Assembly (NCBI GenBank): GCA_035084275.1
Contig: CM068755.1
Location: 12,896,001 to 12,960,000, forward strand
DNA: 64,000 bases
Direction of reading: 5' to 3'
From: Hydrolagus colliei
Lineage: Eukaryota
Every line of letters begins with the position of its first letter. Position 1 is the stretch's first letter. The notes below the pieces were generated by a model. It did not search any database. It saw only the letters and a program-made list of their open reading frames with translations, and was not told the DNA's origin. Shown here one piece after another: positions 37,642 to 50,320 of the stretch. The position numbers and the translations under genes were made by a program.

Positions 37642-37778
37642 TACATATTTACATTTATATAGCGCATTTCAAGTCAGAAGGACGTCCCAAGGTGCTGACA
37701 GTCTTAGCTTGGAACCCGATTGGGAGGAGGGATGGAAAAGATGACAGAAAGCACGTTCAACGAGGTAGATCTTGATAT
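37642..37778 (-). mobile_element. L2 LINE extreme 3' end
   Basis: tttacatttatatagcgcatttcaagtcagaaggacgtcccaaggtgctg...gatgacagaaagcacgttcaacgaggtagatcttg; collinear with 45430-45600. Confidence 0.75.
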
Positions 37779-39384
37779 TTTAACAGTGAATAATTTTGGT
37801 CTCACTTTCCCCATTTGCTCTTAGCCCTGCCGATTACTGTGTTATGTTTGGAGCATGCAAAGAGCAGAAATCATACATAAATATTGGAATTACAAAAATA
37901 TATTAAGACCATGATTCTTCACTTTTTAATATTTCAAGAATAAAAGTCAAATTAAGTCTTTGTCATTTTCATGCTAAGTGTTACTATAGTTCTCAAAAAA
38001 AAGTTGAATGAAAAATGTGCTATAATTAATTGATCTTAAGACAATTTAGATAATTGTACCTTATCTCTCAAAATACAATCCTAAAGAATGGCCAAGATAC
38101 TTAAAAATATATGACTCTGGCTAGTTATAAAATATAGGTTCAATTCAAAGAAAATAGAGGAGGTGGGGGGAAAGCTTGAATGGGCTTCTAATCTTGCCTT
38201 TAATGAATCAGTATTGATTGGTATTAAAAAGGTATCACTTTCATTCCAATGTAAATAATTCTTTAGCTAACAGAACATCAATGTATATTACGGTGCACAT
38301 AATTAAATTACAAGAAATGTAATGACTTTCAGACTAGAAACAAAACCTGAACATTGTATATAAGGTGGGTGGAGCAATCATCATTCTTTGCAACAGAAAA
38401 CAGACAGAAATTGTCACTTCTCTGTGTGTTGGTGGAGCAGGAAACAGTGATTTTATTGCACTGCTGTTTCCTGACTAAAATGGGGTATTAGCCCGTTCGC
38501 AATGGAATCCTTCCCTTGAACAGGAAACTGAGCCTCAGGAGTGACTTGTTTCGCACTCCCTGTTACTTCACATTGCAGTTAAGCTCCAATTAATGGGGCT
38601 TTATGCTTGATTGCAAATGTTGGCTAGATAGGTACGACATAGTCAGAGTTCTTCAAATGTTGGTCCAATTATCAGCTGTTCAGGCATGGGATGCTTTAGC
38701 TGCTAGTAAACTAAGATAAATTTAAGTATTATTTAACAGATTTTTGTGAGTGAAATAAAGTTACATTCAGGTATTGGTAAAGACGTGAATATGTGATCAT
38801 AAGTTTGCTTTACGGCCAGAAAATATCAGTGAAAACAAAAATATTTTGCACTTTATTTCCAAAACCCTTGAGTTGTCACTCATGTTTGTTAGCAAAAAGA
38901 TTCATGCATGTCCCATTAAATTGACTGAATGGCAGGCCATGAAATAGTTTTTTGACTGGCCTGCCAATCCTTTCACTACAAATTCAATTTTGAGCTGCCA
39001 AAATGATTTTTGATCTCCAATTTTTTTTCCCCCAAAAAATGATCTATCAGAAGCGTTCACGCCATTTTTCTTTGCAGCTAGAACATTATTATTTCTGTTC
39101 ACATCATGTAGAAAGCCATTCTTCAGTTTTGCTTTTAATAATTCTTCCTTCCATTCATCAAGACTGATTTTCTTTGCATGCTTCGCTAAAGTCAAAGGCA
39201 TCTTCTTCTCGTGCCAAACGAAATTCAGCGCTTGCGGTTTCTTGTGCTCATTGTGGCTGATTTTATTCTGATTTCAAATGCACCAGGGCACGGTTCAGAC
39301 CTTATTAGCTTGCTCTTAGACATCAATGTTTCTGTTTGCTGAATATTTTAGATTAAAGCTCCTCTTCCGCACTATTATAACACT

Positions 39385-39530
39385 GGCACACTGCAGTGTG
39401 TAATTGGCAGCCGCGTTCCGGCCACGAAATTCACTGGCAATTCACTTTACTGAATTTACTGTGAGGCACTTTGAGACGTCTCAGTGATGTGATAAGGTTC
39501 TGTATCAAAAGCAATGATTATTATTATTAT
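39385..39530 (+). mobile_element. Deu-domain SINE 3' part
   Basis: gtgtaattggcagccgcgtt...caattcacttt...ctgtgaggcactttgagacgtc...atcaaaagcaatgattattattatt. Confidence 0.8.
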
Positions 39531-40949
39531 GAAAAGCCACTTGCCACTTCTGGACCTGGCATATAAATAAGCAAGGCTAGGGAAAGTTCAAAAATTGAAT
39601 TCTGATAACTATTTTGCCAGTAAGTGTCATGTGGAGATCCGTTTGTTTTCTCAGGCTACAAACAAAAAGACATAATTTTTAAAAATATGTGTGGCCCAGC
39701 CCATTTACTCAATTCTTTTGAACTTCAGTCTGGAGGGGAAAAAATACATGCTGTATCAGTCAACACTTGCAAATGCTCTATGGAAAAAGTGATTAATTTT
39801 CCGAAATGCCTTGCTTACCTTAAATGTAGAATAGCAGTGAGACAAAATGTGCTCAATTATATATTATGGAGAATGAGCAAACCTACTTGAATCAGAGATT
39901 TTTGTTGCAATGAGGGTGAATTGGATGTGCTTTGGGGGTAAAGAAACACTACAATTAGTTTGGAATTATGTTTGGGTGTGTGTTTAGTTGAAGTAAATTA
40001 TTCAAATGCCTCTGCAAACATTATCGTGAATAGTTCAAAACAGAGTTGGAAGTTGAACATGGTTATCAGCCTGGCTCATTTGAACACAGTCCATTTACAT
40101 ACAAACTCTTATTGAGGTGTTGAGTACCACAGGTTGTTTCATTGATTTTAAAAAAAAAACCCTGCTTCACATCATGTTACTGTGTCTCCCATGCAGATAA
40201 TGCAATAAAGAAACCCTTGAAAATATTTATGATTAACACAATGATAAAAGTTTTTCAGGGGTTTAATCTGTACAACATTTATGCTGGATTAAAGCATAAC
40301 AAATATGTAGGGAATTATTAATATTTAATACATATTTGCTTCGTGATAATAGGGTTACGTTTGCCAAAAGGGTTAATTGCAGATCTTGAAAATGTCATAC
40401 TTTTTAGCGGTTCATGGGTTGAATGCAGAAGATCTAAACATCCTTAAGGGGTTGGAGACTTGACCCTCCTGTGTCCAAACAAATTGAAAATGCAGGCTCT
40501 AAAAGATGTAATTTCCTACAGAATGAAAGCCAGGGATCTGACTAAACATATGTAATATAAGGAGTTCGCATTAGCCCAAGCTCTGTGTTTGGTAACTGCC
40601 AATCACGAGGGCACAAATCTCTGGACCACAAATAAACCAATCTTAGAGAAAATCCCTCCGGTAGTTTTACTATAACCTGAAAATGACTTGACACCACAAC
40701 AATTCAAAAACATGTATGCTCAGAGTCTAGCATTTACAAGCACTGTATTATGCGATTTGAACACAAGAACATTTCAATAAATGTACAAATTGGTATGGGA
40801 TAGACAAATGGCAAAGCAAAGGTGGCATAAGAACAAACCTGAACTAAGACTGAACTGCTTGTAATTGATTGGCTTCAAACAAAAGCTTTAAGGAGAACTA
40901 GTGTGATCTTCCAGTGCAACGCTGGGGTGGGTGGTGGGAGGGAATTGTC

Positions 40950-41050
40950 AGTGTTGCCATCCTCAGATCAGATGTGAAACTAAGGTCCCCATATTGCCTA
41001 TTCAGATAGATGGTAAAGGTACCATAGCAAGCAAGTTTCCCCCGGTGTGT
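40950..41050 (+). mobile_element. Deu-core 5' fragment, diverged
   Basis: tgccatcctcagatcagatgtgaaactaaggtcccc...tgcctattcagatagatggtaaaggtaccatagca resembles 46135-46210. Confidence 0.5.
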
Positions 41051-44000
41051 ATTTCTCCATGTAATTTAAGAGTAGTGCCCTGTTTAATGATTTTCTATCA
41101 TATCCAGATTTCTACTGAGAGTTTCCTCATAATAATCAAACCCCAGCACTTGATATCAATGTCGTTTTTTTTCTTGTACAATGTATTGATTTTCATCTCC
41201 TGTAAATTGTAATAAAAAAATTATCAAACTATCCAGTTTAGAATGTGACAGGTCAGAAGCATAAACAGTCATGAAGGGATTGAACCAAAAAGAAGAAATT
41301 ATTTAGAGATCTATAAATTCATAATATTTATTTGTTCAAAGTTATATTATTTGTCCTTCGGCGCCACACCCTATTTACATTAATGAATTTGTCATTATTT
41401 ATTTGATATTTGTTTATTCCAATTTATTTCATCTAGTAGTTGATAATACAAAGCTTGAAATGACCTAAATCTGAATGTAAGCACTCCAATCCACCCCAAG
41501 ATCACTGTTTAAAGCTATAGGAATAGTGCCACGCGCCACAGCAGACTCCAATGTTATGTAATGTAGAAAGACTTGACATGCGATTAAAATCTCATTGTTT
41601 ACTTTTAATCGTTGAAATGCCCTAACCTTTGAGGTCTGAAGCAGTGCTTCTGTCACAGGCTTTTTTTTCCCCCATTTGCTATTGATAAAATGATCTATGA
41701 TCTGATCTCCTTTCCATCTATTCTATTTTTAAGAGGTCATTGAAAATAAAAGATAATTAAAGATGAGCAACGAAGAAGGTGATTGAACTTATTAATGTTT
41801 CATTTATGGGCTAGAACATTGCTTCTTTTTGTGAAATGGGGGTATGGTGAGGTGGGTGGAGAGGGGGAGGGGGAGAATTGGTGTAATAAACTGATAATCA
41901 GTAAGGCAATTTTCCATGATTTTTATATAATGTATTGTGGACCCACAGTGTAAACTTCCAATGATATAACCTTATATATACTGTACTGCCCAGTTTTGTG
42001 TATATAGTGCACACATACACAAACAAGGCACCTAATCAAACTCATTTATTGCACATTGCCATTGGAGGTAATGATGGGATTTAACTTGTGGTATGCCTAA
42101 TAAGAAATTTGTATTGGGCAATTTTGGACTCCTTCCAACTGGAACTGAAATTATACCACATTGGCCCACTGAAACTCTGTTTTGATGTAAACCCATTTCA
42201 GGACTGGAGCTTTAATGCTTAAGAGAATTGTGATAGGATTTCTTATTTAAGAGTCCGTAAGGTTTACAATACAGTCTACAATGTGAAATGAACGATTCTA
42301 CACGACAAAAAAAAATTAATAGTGCAGCACCATCATGATATGTCGGTTACATTGCAAAATAATTCCTGTTACATTGCAATAAAATCCAAAATAGTTTTCC
42401 CTTGTTCCACTCCTAATGAATAGGTAAATGGCAAGTTGTATGGTGCCCCTGTGTTTTTTTCCTTTCATTTCCATGATTACTATTGATACTTGATACAATA
42501 TTATTGCAGAAAGCAACGTAAAAATAATTTATATATTTTGCATCTTTTCCTGCATGACATAGCACAGTTATAGAAGCAACACATTGAAACCTCACTCTGC
42601 ATTTGTTCATAATCCACAGTTGAATTCAGTGCATGAATATCAACAATCACGCGGCTTTGGGTCGAGTGTTTTTAAGACGTGGAGTTTAGCATTCCCTCAT
42701 GTCTGCTCCTTAAGGGGTTAAAAGAACCAGTTTTACATTACATCACACATGTTAGAGAGAAGCTGAAAAAAAAACACTGAGCGAAATGGACTAGCTGTAA
42801 TAAATATGTAAAGAGTACACAAGGAAACCTTTTGATGGATTAAGTTGGTTTTATCCAGTTGTCTGAAATGGAGTGAGTTAGTTAGCTATTTCTTTTCCCT
42901 GGCCCGCTCTTCGCCAATTAAATGTATGAAGGTGTGACCCTTCTGAAAGAGCTTTGAGATTAATCATATTATCTGCAGTGCCTCAATCTGAATGTCTACA
43001 CGACCTTCTCCATAAGATTCCATTATCTTAAACTATCACAATAATCCTAGCTCGGGGAAAGAGGAAGAATCAAACCTAATAGATCGCAAATCAGATTAAT
43101 CCACAATCTAAGTGGCAATTACACTTGGCACTGCCCTTGAACACCCAGGTGTAACCTTGAAATTCACATTTGCTAAGATGCTTCAATTGGATTGAGGGTC
43201 CCAGAAGGCCGTTTGGGGGCAGCTGGCCAAATGTTACCTCTGTGCACCGGCTGCCCTGTGGGAGAGCACTCTCAGGTGCAAAAGGCACTGTGGCCTCATA
43301 CAGCTTACCATAAATAAATGCCATTAACTGAGCAAGTGTAATGAAATTTCATTTAATTCATCTGGAAAATAAACAACATAAATATATATACGTATGTAAA
43401 AATCTGGGAAGAGGAGCCATTAGCAATAACTTGATCCATAGTGGGTTTGCGAGTTCAATTTGGCTAACTTTGTCTTAAAATTAACTATAACTGTTGAAGC
43501 AAACTTTGCTAATGATGCTTACTTTAAATTCAACATAATCAGTGTGGAAGGAAGGGTTGTCTTAAAATGCTGCAGCAAATTCAGGACATTGAAATGCAAA
43601 GTAAGGGAATGCTGGACGTGTGAGACAAACAAAAGTTAACCCCTTGTAAGCCGAACTCCAATTGCTGAGATGTATTTCATCCATCATGGGAGCAAAAACT
43701 CATCATACCACGAACCGCAGTTCTAGCATACTTGGTTCAAATATATCTCTGCCATGTATCTCACCTAGAAGTGAATGTTAATCTTCCCAAAGCTTTGGAA
43801 AAATTAGTGAGTGTTTTCTTTTATAACTGGAAGTCTTGATAAATCTATGTCAAGCCTTTCTGGTTCCTGGCAACTGTCACGTTGCTTGAGTGTAAAATAT
43901 GCCCCTCGCCACTCCCATAGAAATAAATTAAAAATGCTTAAAAGAAGAGCTATGAGCCATTACCTATCCAGGCCTGAACACATAGTAATTAACTTGTTGA

Positions 44001-45417
44001 TAAATTCAGAGAGCGTAATGATGACCCTTTACTCTTGAAGTGAGAAACGATTGATAACTCTAGAACATGTGCATCACATTACATCAAATGTGCAGATTTA
44101 TTGAATGTTTTTAAAATGACTTTGGTTTAATAAGGGTTATTACAGGAACAGATTCTACAATCTCATTTATAATCTGATGTGATCTCTCTCGCATCTCTTT
44201 CTAGATTCCAGGATCCTAATGAGGGAAACCAGACAGCGATTAACCCTGAATCTTTTGCCCCATAATGGTTGTTTGGATTAGTGACAGCACCTCCATTGAT
44301 AGAGTTAAAGGTATTGAGTCTGGCCCTTTATCGTGGTGGAGCCTAGGGACGATTTAAGGTTTTGCACATAGAAGACAATTTAAGGTTTTGCACATCTAAC
44401 CGAAAGCAAGGTGAGAGTCTCTTATGTTTGGTGGGGTGAGGCAAAATAAATGCTTTTTAATTTTTTAATTGATGAGCGGATTCATTCCTTACAGCAATAT
44501 AGGGGAGTTACTGGGAACCCTGGGAACCCTTCTATTATTTGGGATACCCGTTACACAGTGCATCAAAGATCAATTGATGGTTGCATGACAGAGTGAAACC
44601 TAAATGCATCTCAAATCCACACCGCCATTTATATGTGGTACCATTTATACTAGAACACATTAGATTTAGTTGCTTAAACTCTTTCTCAGGATGTTGAGCA
44701 TTTCTCACAGGGCCAGCATTTACTGTTCAGATAAAATATTGGTGGGACCTTCTCTTTAAAGAGAGAGCTTTAGGATTTGTGCCCAGTGGCAAGGAAGGAG
44801 TAGCGATATATGGTAACAACATGCATGAAATGCTTTATGGGTTTTGCTTTAAGCAATGCAGTATAGCAAATAAAGCAAAAATTCACATGAATTCTTGTGT
44901 TTTTCCTTTGTTTTTAGACCTGTATTCATCTGACTACTCATCCATCTCATTTCATTTGCCAAGGCGAAATGCAATTTTTGCATGAGTTAGCCTATAAAAA
45001 CCTTCATTAGAACTAAGCTTGGATTCCACGTAAAATCAGAGATGTCAATACCTGATGCTTTAATAGCTAATGATGGTTTTGGTGAACTTAATTTTCAATA
45101 GAATTCAATTAATGCACAAAATATAGTAAATCAAATGGCTTATGCATACTCTACACTTAGAGAGGAATAGAAATGTAGGATTGCAAGAAACACATTGCCA
45201 ACATGTGGCCAAGGGGATTGTTTGCAAAAGCAAAGAACAGCAGTTATGTAACATAATTAAGATCTGTTTTTACCAAGATGTTAAACATGCTTAGGCAATC
45301 AACAATGCACGCCAAGAACGTTGATGTACAACTGTAACAAGCAAAATGAAACAGCTTCATATAAACTCAACGTCGAGAGTAAATTCTACTGATGTAAACC
45401 AGACCAATGAGTAATCA

Positions 45418-45735
45418 ACAATAACAACAACAAATTGTATTTATTTAGTGCCTTTCACATTGGGAGGACATCCCAAGGCGCTGGACAAGGAACGATTTGC
45501 AATTGTGATGCAGGTTGGGGTCAGAGAGGGGTGGAGGGTAAGGGGGATAGAGGAGGGAAGATGGCTGAAGGCACAGTTGAAAAGGTAGATCTTGAAATGT
45601 GCCTTGGAGGCAAATAGGAGGGCAAGGTGGAGAGGCTTTGGGATGTCATTCCAGAGGTTGGGAACAGAAAGGCTTAAGGTAAACTGCCAATAGAGGAAAG
45701 GGCAGATGCAGGGAAGACTTGGGAAATTGCGTTGG
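45418..45735 (-). mobile_element. L2 LINE 3' end (ORF2 C-terminus, UTR and (TTG)n tail)
   Basis: Translation FTLSLSVPNLWNDIPKPLHLALLFASKAHFKIYLFNCAF, followed by tail gggatgtcctcccaatgtgaaaggcactaaataaatacaatttgttgttgtt. Confidence 0.9.
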
Positions 45736-45811
45736 TTGCCTATCAATGAAGTCACTAGATTTGACGACAATGAAGTGCTTTCATGTTTTCAATGTAAAAC
45801 GACAACATCAG

Positions 45812-45985
45812 ATAATAATAAATCATAATAATCTTTGCATTTGATATAGCATTTTCAAGTCTTCTAAACTTCTCAAAGTGCTTCACAGAATATACTGTAA
45901 AGTGAATCGACTGTATTTTTTGTAGATGAAACGTGGCAGCCAATTGCGCACAGCAGGGTTCCACAAACAGTCATGGATTGAGATA
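45812..45985 (-). mobile_element. Deu-domain SINE 3' half
   Basis: Antisense ccatgactgtttgtggaaccctgctgtgcgcaattggctgccacgttt...acagtatattctgtgaagcactttgag...atatcaaatgcaaagattatt. Confidence 0.9.
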
Positions 45986-46099
45986 TAGTTGTTTTTTGCT
46001 GAGGACCATTTTCCTTTTGTTTTCCCAATGCAATAGGCAAATATTTGTCACTACAAATTACTCACTCTCTCCACTCTGCTGTTTTTAAGACTCATCCAA

Positions 46100-46395
46100 A
46101 ATGCACAATACTGCAGAAGCGCTGCATTGTCGGAGGCTCTGTCCTTTGGATGAACTGTTCAGCCGAGGTCCTCTCTGCCTGTTTCAAGTAGATACCAAAA
46201 ATCCCATGGTTCTGTTGAAAAAGAGAAAGGAGTTTCTCTGGGTGTCCTGGCCAACAAACCCCAAGATAAAATTGGCCAATTGGCACTTCAATGCTGCTTG
46301 TGGTATATTGCTGAGTGCAAATTGGATGCTACATTCACCACAAATTGCACAGTCATTACAGTTTATGGAAACTTTCTGAAGCACTTGGAGACACT
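46100..46395 (+). mobile_element. Deu-domain SINE lacking terminal tail
   Basis: gctgcattgtcggaggctctgtcctttggatga...ccgaggtcctctctgcctg...aaatcccatgg...gagtttctctgggtgtcctggccaac; closely follows the recalled SacSINE1-type Deu consensus. Confidence 0.9.
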
Positions 46396-49328
46396 AAGCT
46401 GCAACCCAAATATAATTGGGTGAACTGAAGATTTGAGGAAAAAGATGTTTAGCTATTAAGACAGGCTTCAAAGATGGCTATCACAACTTTATAAAAAGCT
46501 CCCGAAAAGGGAAACTGTCAGAAAATTTGCATGAGACAATTTACTGTCTTGTTATTTCAGATATAGGACAAAATGTATAAATTAAGCTAACTGCAGAAAG
46601 AAAGAATTTGCAAAGCTCAGGTTAAATACAGTAATAGGTAGAATCAGCTGACCATTTAGGAGAAAATGGGAAGTGAACTCTTCACACAGGCCTGGGTGGC
46701 ATAGACATTTCATGGTATAACACAAAAAGAGAAAGAGTAGAAAATCATTGATCCAAACAGATGATGAGGAAGGACAGTAAATTATAGAATGTTGTAATCA
46801 ATAGAAGCTCCTGCGCCAGCCTTTCCACTCAAAATAGGCCTTTGAAGCTGAGTGAAATCACGATTCCTCTAAAAAAAATTTGACGCGATGCTTAGTACAG
46901 GATCAAAATGTGAATAGCCCCCATGATTCTTTCTTCCTGCCAACAGTGGCTCAGAATTGACCAGGAGGTAGGCTGATCTGGAGCTTCCGATGTGCTCTCA
47001 CAGAAGATGTTGGGTGAGATGTTGTGAATTTGACGTTAGATCCCAATTTGTTCACCTGCAAAACTGGAAGCTAAATATAAATCAGCATAAGAAATTATGA
47101 CAAAAGGACAAGAAGACAAGATATGTGCTTAGAAAACTGTCCCAAGCACCAGGCAAAGATGCAATTTCAAACAACCACATAATAAGAATTGATAAAGCAG
47201 AGCCGAGAAATTGGCAAGCCGGCTGCTGACGACATTCTGATCCTATATAAGTGCGAGTTGTTATATACAAATCGGCACTTTCTGGGAAAAACAAGCTTTC
47301 AGTAAACGTGTCATTAATGGAAGTACCCAGAGGAACATGCAGTCTATTTGACGGTTCCCAGAAATGTTGAGAAATCCTGAAAAAAAAACCTATTTTGTTC
47401 TCAGCTGTTGTCCTTGGATACAACTCTCCTCAGCAAAGCAAAAGTAACAAGTTGAATACACTTCAACATGACTTTGGCTTTGCTTCTGGGCCAAGGTGTC
47501 TGGAGGGACCTGAAAGGGAGCTGTAGCACAGAGGGGCACAGCTATTGTCACCTTCACTGGTACGAGTAAGACAAAACTCCTAGGGGCTTGACACTCCAAA
47601 TCCTCTTACACTCCATGCACAGATCACGTAGTATCTGCTTGTTAAATCTAAATCTATGGCAGCAGAATGTCCTACCATTTTATAAAACTAATTCACTCTC
47701 CGTAAATCCTTTTGCAAATGTGCTCTGCCTCAGAATCACCCCACCCCCATGCCTTGAAAGCAAGAAGCGTTAAGCTTCTTTAGAATTTAATTGCTGTTTT
47801 GAATGACATTTTATTTCAAGACTTTCCTGCTCCAGATGTGCAGTGGATGAGTTCACTTGACCTACGCCTGGTGTCAGTCTTAGGGCAAAATCCAATTGTT
47901 ACCATTTCCACTGAGCAAGTTGGGTACCCTAAGGGAAATCGATCTCTGCTATCTCTCAAACAGGAAGAACACACAACAACTTGCAGAAGGAACCTTTCAC
48001 CTAAATCAACATCTCAAAGAGCTTTACAGTGATGGTGTGGTAGACATAGTACAATGGTGGTCTTGGAGGCAGATGACCAAAGGCACAAAGTGGTAGAAAT
48101 TTTTGGGACGTTGAGAGGGGAGAGTGCAAGGCAGAGAGATTTGTAGATAGACATTTGCCTAGAATCACTGTGCCTCCCATTAACTCGACTAGGCCTATGC
48201 TGCAGCCATGCTACAGGACAAGGAAATATACTTTGTACCCTACCAGTCAAAGGAGAGATGAAAATAAAAGGATGAATTTCTCTTGGGCTAAGCATTCTTA
48301 ATCTTATAGGAATTGGTGGTGTCACTTTGAAATGTTATGTAAGGAAATGACCCTTAAAGAATGTGCAGCCATAGTCCCTTTTATTGAAGTTAATGTTACA
48401 AAGCAATTAGAGACAATAATTGTATCTGGATAACCAAGCGTCTCCAGTACTGTACATAAAATAGTTTGCTACTCATGAATTTTGTGTAAAGACTTGACAC
48501 GGCAGGGGAAATAGTGCAGTCTCCAGTCTGGTAGTAAATCTGACCAAATAAACAGTGGTTGGATGGGGGCTTGAGATGAGGATATAGATATCTTGTTTTT
48601 CATGTGAAGCATTTCTTGAAAAAAAAGAAAGGTCTGCAGAAAGAAACAACCATAAATCCTGATCTAGATACATAAAACTGACATTGATATCACATTTTAG
48701 CAGCGTGCCTTTTCTCCAGAACCCAGCGTTTTAAAGACAAATGGAAAGAGCTGGAGAAATCTATCTGGTGTGTCGCCTTGCTAATGAATAACCCCACTTT
48801 GGTCCTGCAATGTAAGCAAAAGTTCTTTTCCAACAGCTTTCGTTTGTCATGAATCTACAAGACAGGCGACATAATATCTGGGAAACAACAGCACGCTAAC
48901 AGCTGTACAACTTCCATTTTCTTGCTTTGTATTGATTTTCACTTAATAACTGGCCAAAAACTAAATGTGTGCCTTGAGTACCTAATAAATCCTGCCTGGG
49001 CTTTTTATTGGGGAAAATTTAACAAAAACAACTGACAGCTAAAGGATTTTCTTTCAAGACAGGACAGTAAACAACTCAAACAAAAAATCCACTTTGCGAT
49101 TTTCAGTTTATGTATATTGTTTGGATCTGTCGAGAAACTTGACCTTTTAAGGTAAATTTCAAGTGTTAAAGAGGCAATATTTCCATTAGTGTGTTTATGA
49201 GTAAAAGCTTTACTTAACTCAAATTTACTGGGATAACCAATTAAAACATTCCTAATCAAATGCCCTGTGACAATTGTTTTTCTTTTGGGGCACTAAAAGA
49301 ACTCACATGGTAATCACATATTTTGAAT

Positions 49329-49456
49329 NNNNNNNNNNNNNNNNNNNNNNNNNNNNNNNNNNNNNNNNNNNNNNNNNNNNNNNNNNNNNNNNNNNNNNNN
49401 NNNNNNNNNNNNNNNNNNNNNNNNNNNNNNNNNNNNNNNNNNNNNNNNNNNNNNNN
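49329..49456. other. Assembly gap (128 N)
   Basis: Run of N. Confidence 1.
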
Positions 49457-49519
49457 TCACCAATTCACCAATTCATTGGGTGTAAAAATTCTGGTATGTC
49501 AACGTGATTGGTCTAGAAA

Positions 49520-49710
49520 ATACACAGCGATAACACTTCACAGTATATCCTGTGAAGAGGATAACCTCATATGCGTAATTGGCTGCCGTGTTTCCCTCAC
49601 AAAATCTACAGTCAATTCACTTCACAGTATATTCTGTGAAGCGCTTTGAGACATCTAGAAGACGTGAAAAGCGCTATATCAAATGCAAGGATTATTATTA
49701 TTATTATTAT
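49520..49710 (+). mobile_element. Deu-domain SINE 3' part, best-preserved tail, preceded by a partial second copy
   Basis: gcgtaattggctgccgtgttt...cacttcacagtatattctgtgaagcgctttgagacatctagaagacgtgaaaagcgctatatcaaatgcaagg(att)n; cacttcacagtatatcctgtgaag also occurs at about 49534-49557. Confidence 0.9.
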
Positions 49711-50027
49711 CTGCATTACCCAGTGTTTAAGTGTGTATCCTAACTCTGTTTTTCAACATCACACTTTTGCTAAGGTTCATCCTTGGAAAATTAACTTTTT
49801 TGTTCTTTAAATGCACTTAATTTAAAATATCTGCCATTCCTATATCTACCAAAGTGTGGATAAAGTCAAGTCATTCAAAAGTGATGACTCATTTGCATCT
49901 CTTTCCTGACAAAATCACCGATTACCAGGACCACAACAAAATGATTGCAAGACATTCAGCCTCGGGCTCTTGGCCTAACTTCTTCCGAAGCCTCACAAAT
50001 GACCTAACAGTGCAAATCAATAGTAGG

Positions 50028-50085
50028 AACAACTTGTATTTATATAAAGCCCTTCACACAGGATAGAGTCTCGGAACACTTAACA
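50028..50085 (-). mobile_element. SINE/L2-type tail variant
   Basis: Antisense gagactctatcctgtgtgaagggctttatataaatacaagttgtt. Confidence 0.7.
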
Positions 50086-50089
50086 CAGT

Positions 50090-50320
50090 GGGTCACAAGA
50101 ATGGTTTGAATGAGGAAGATCTTTAGGCCTATTTGATCTCATCCTTCCAGAATACCTATTTTACCATCCTTCCATCATAGTGTTGAATTGTTTCTTAAAT
50201 GAGTCCACTATCCTCACTGCAATGACCCTTCCTGGTAACCCATTCCAGTCATTCATTACCAGGTATCTGTCTTCAAGCTTCCCTATGCTACACTGAAGCT
50301 TTGCCCTCTTGCCTTGCGCA
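50090..50320 (-). mobile_element. CR1 LINE 3' end, diverged
   Basis: cacaagaatggtttgaatgaggaaga...ttccagaatacc...ttcctggtaacccattccagtc; homologous to 10285-10480. Confidence 0.65.

Noticed and set aside
49274-49649. ORFs crossing the N run
   Set aside because: Artefacts of the assembly gap.
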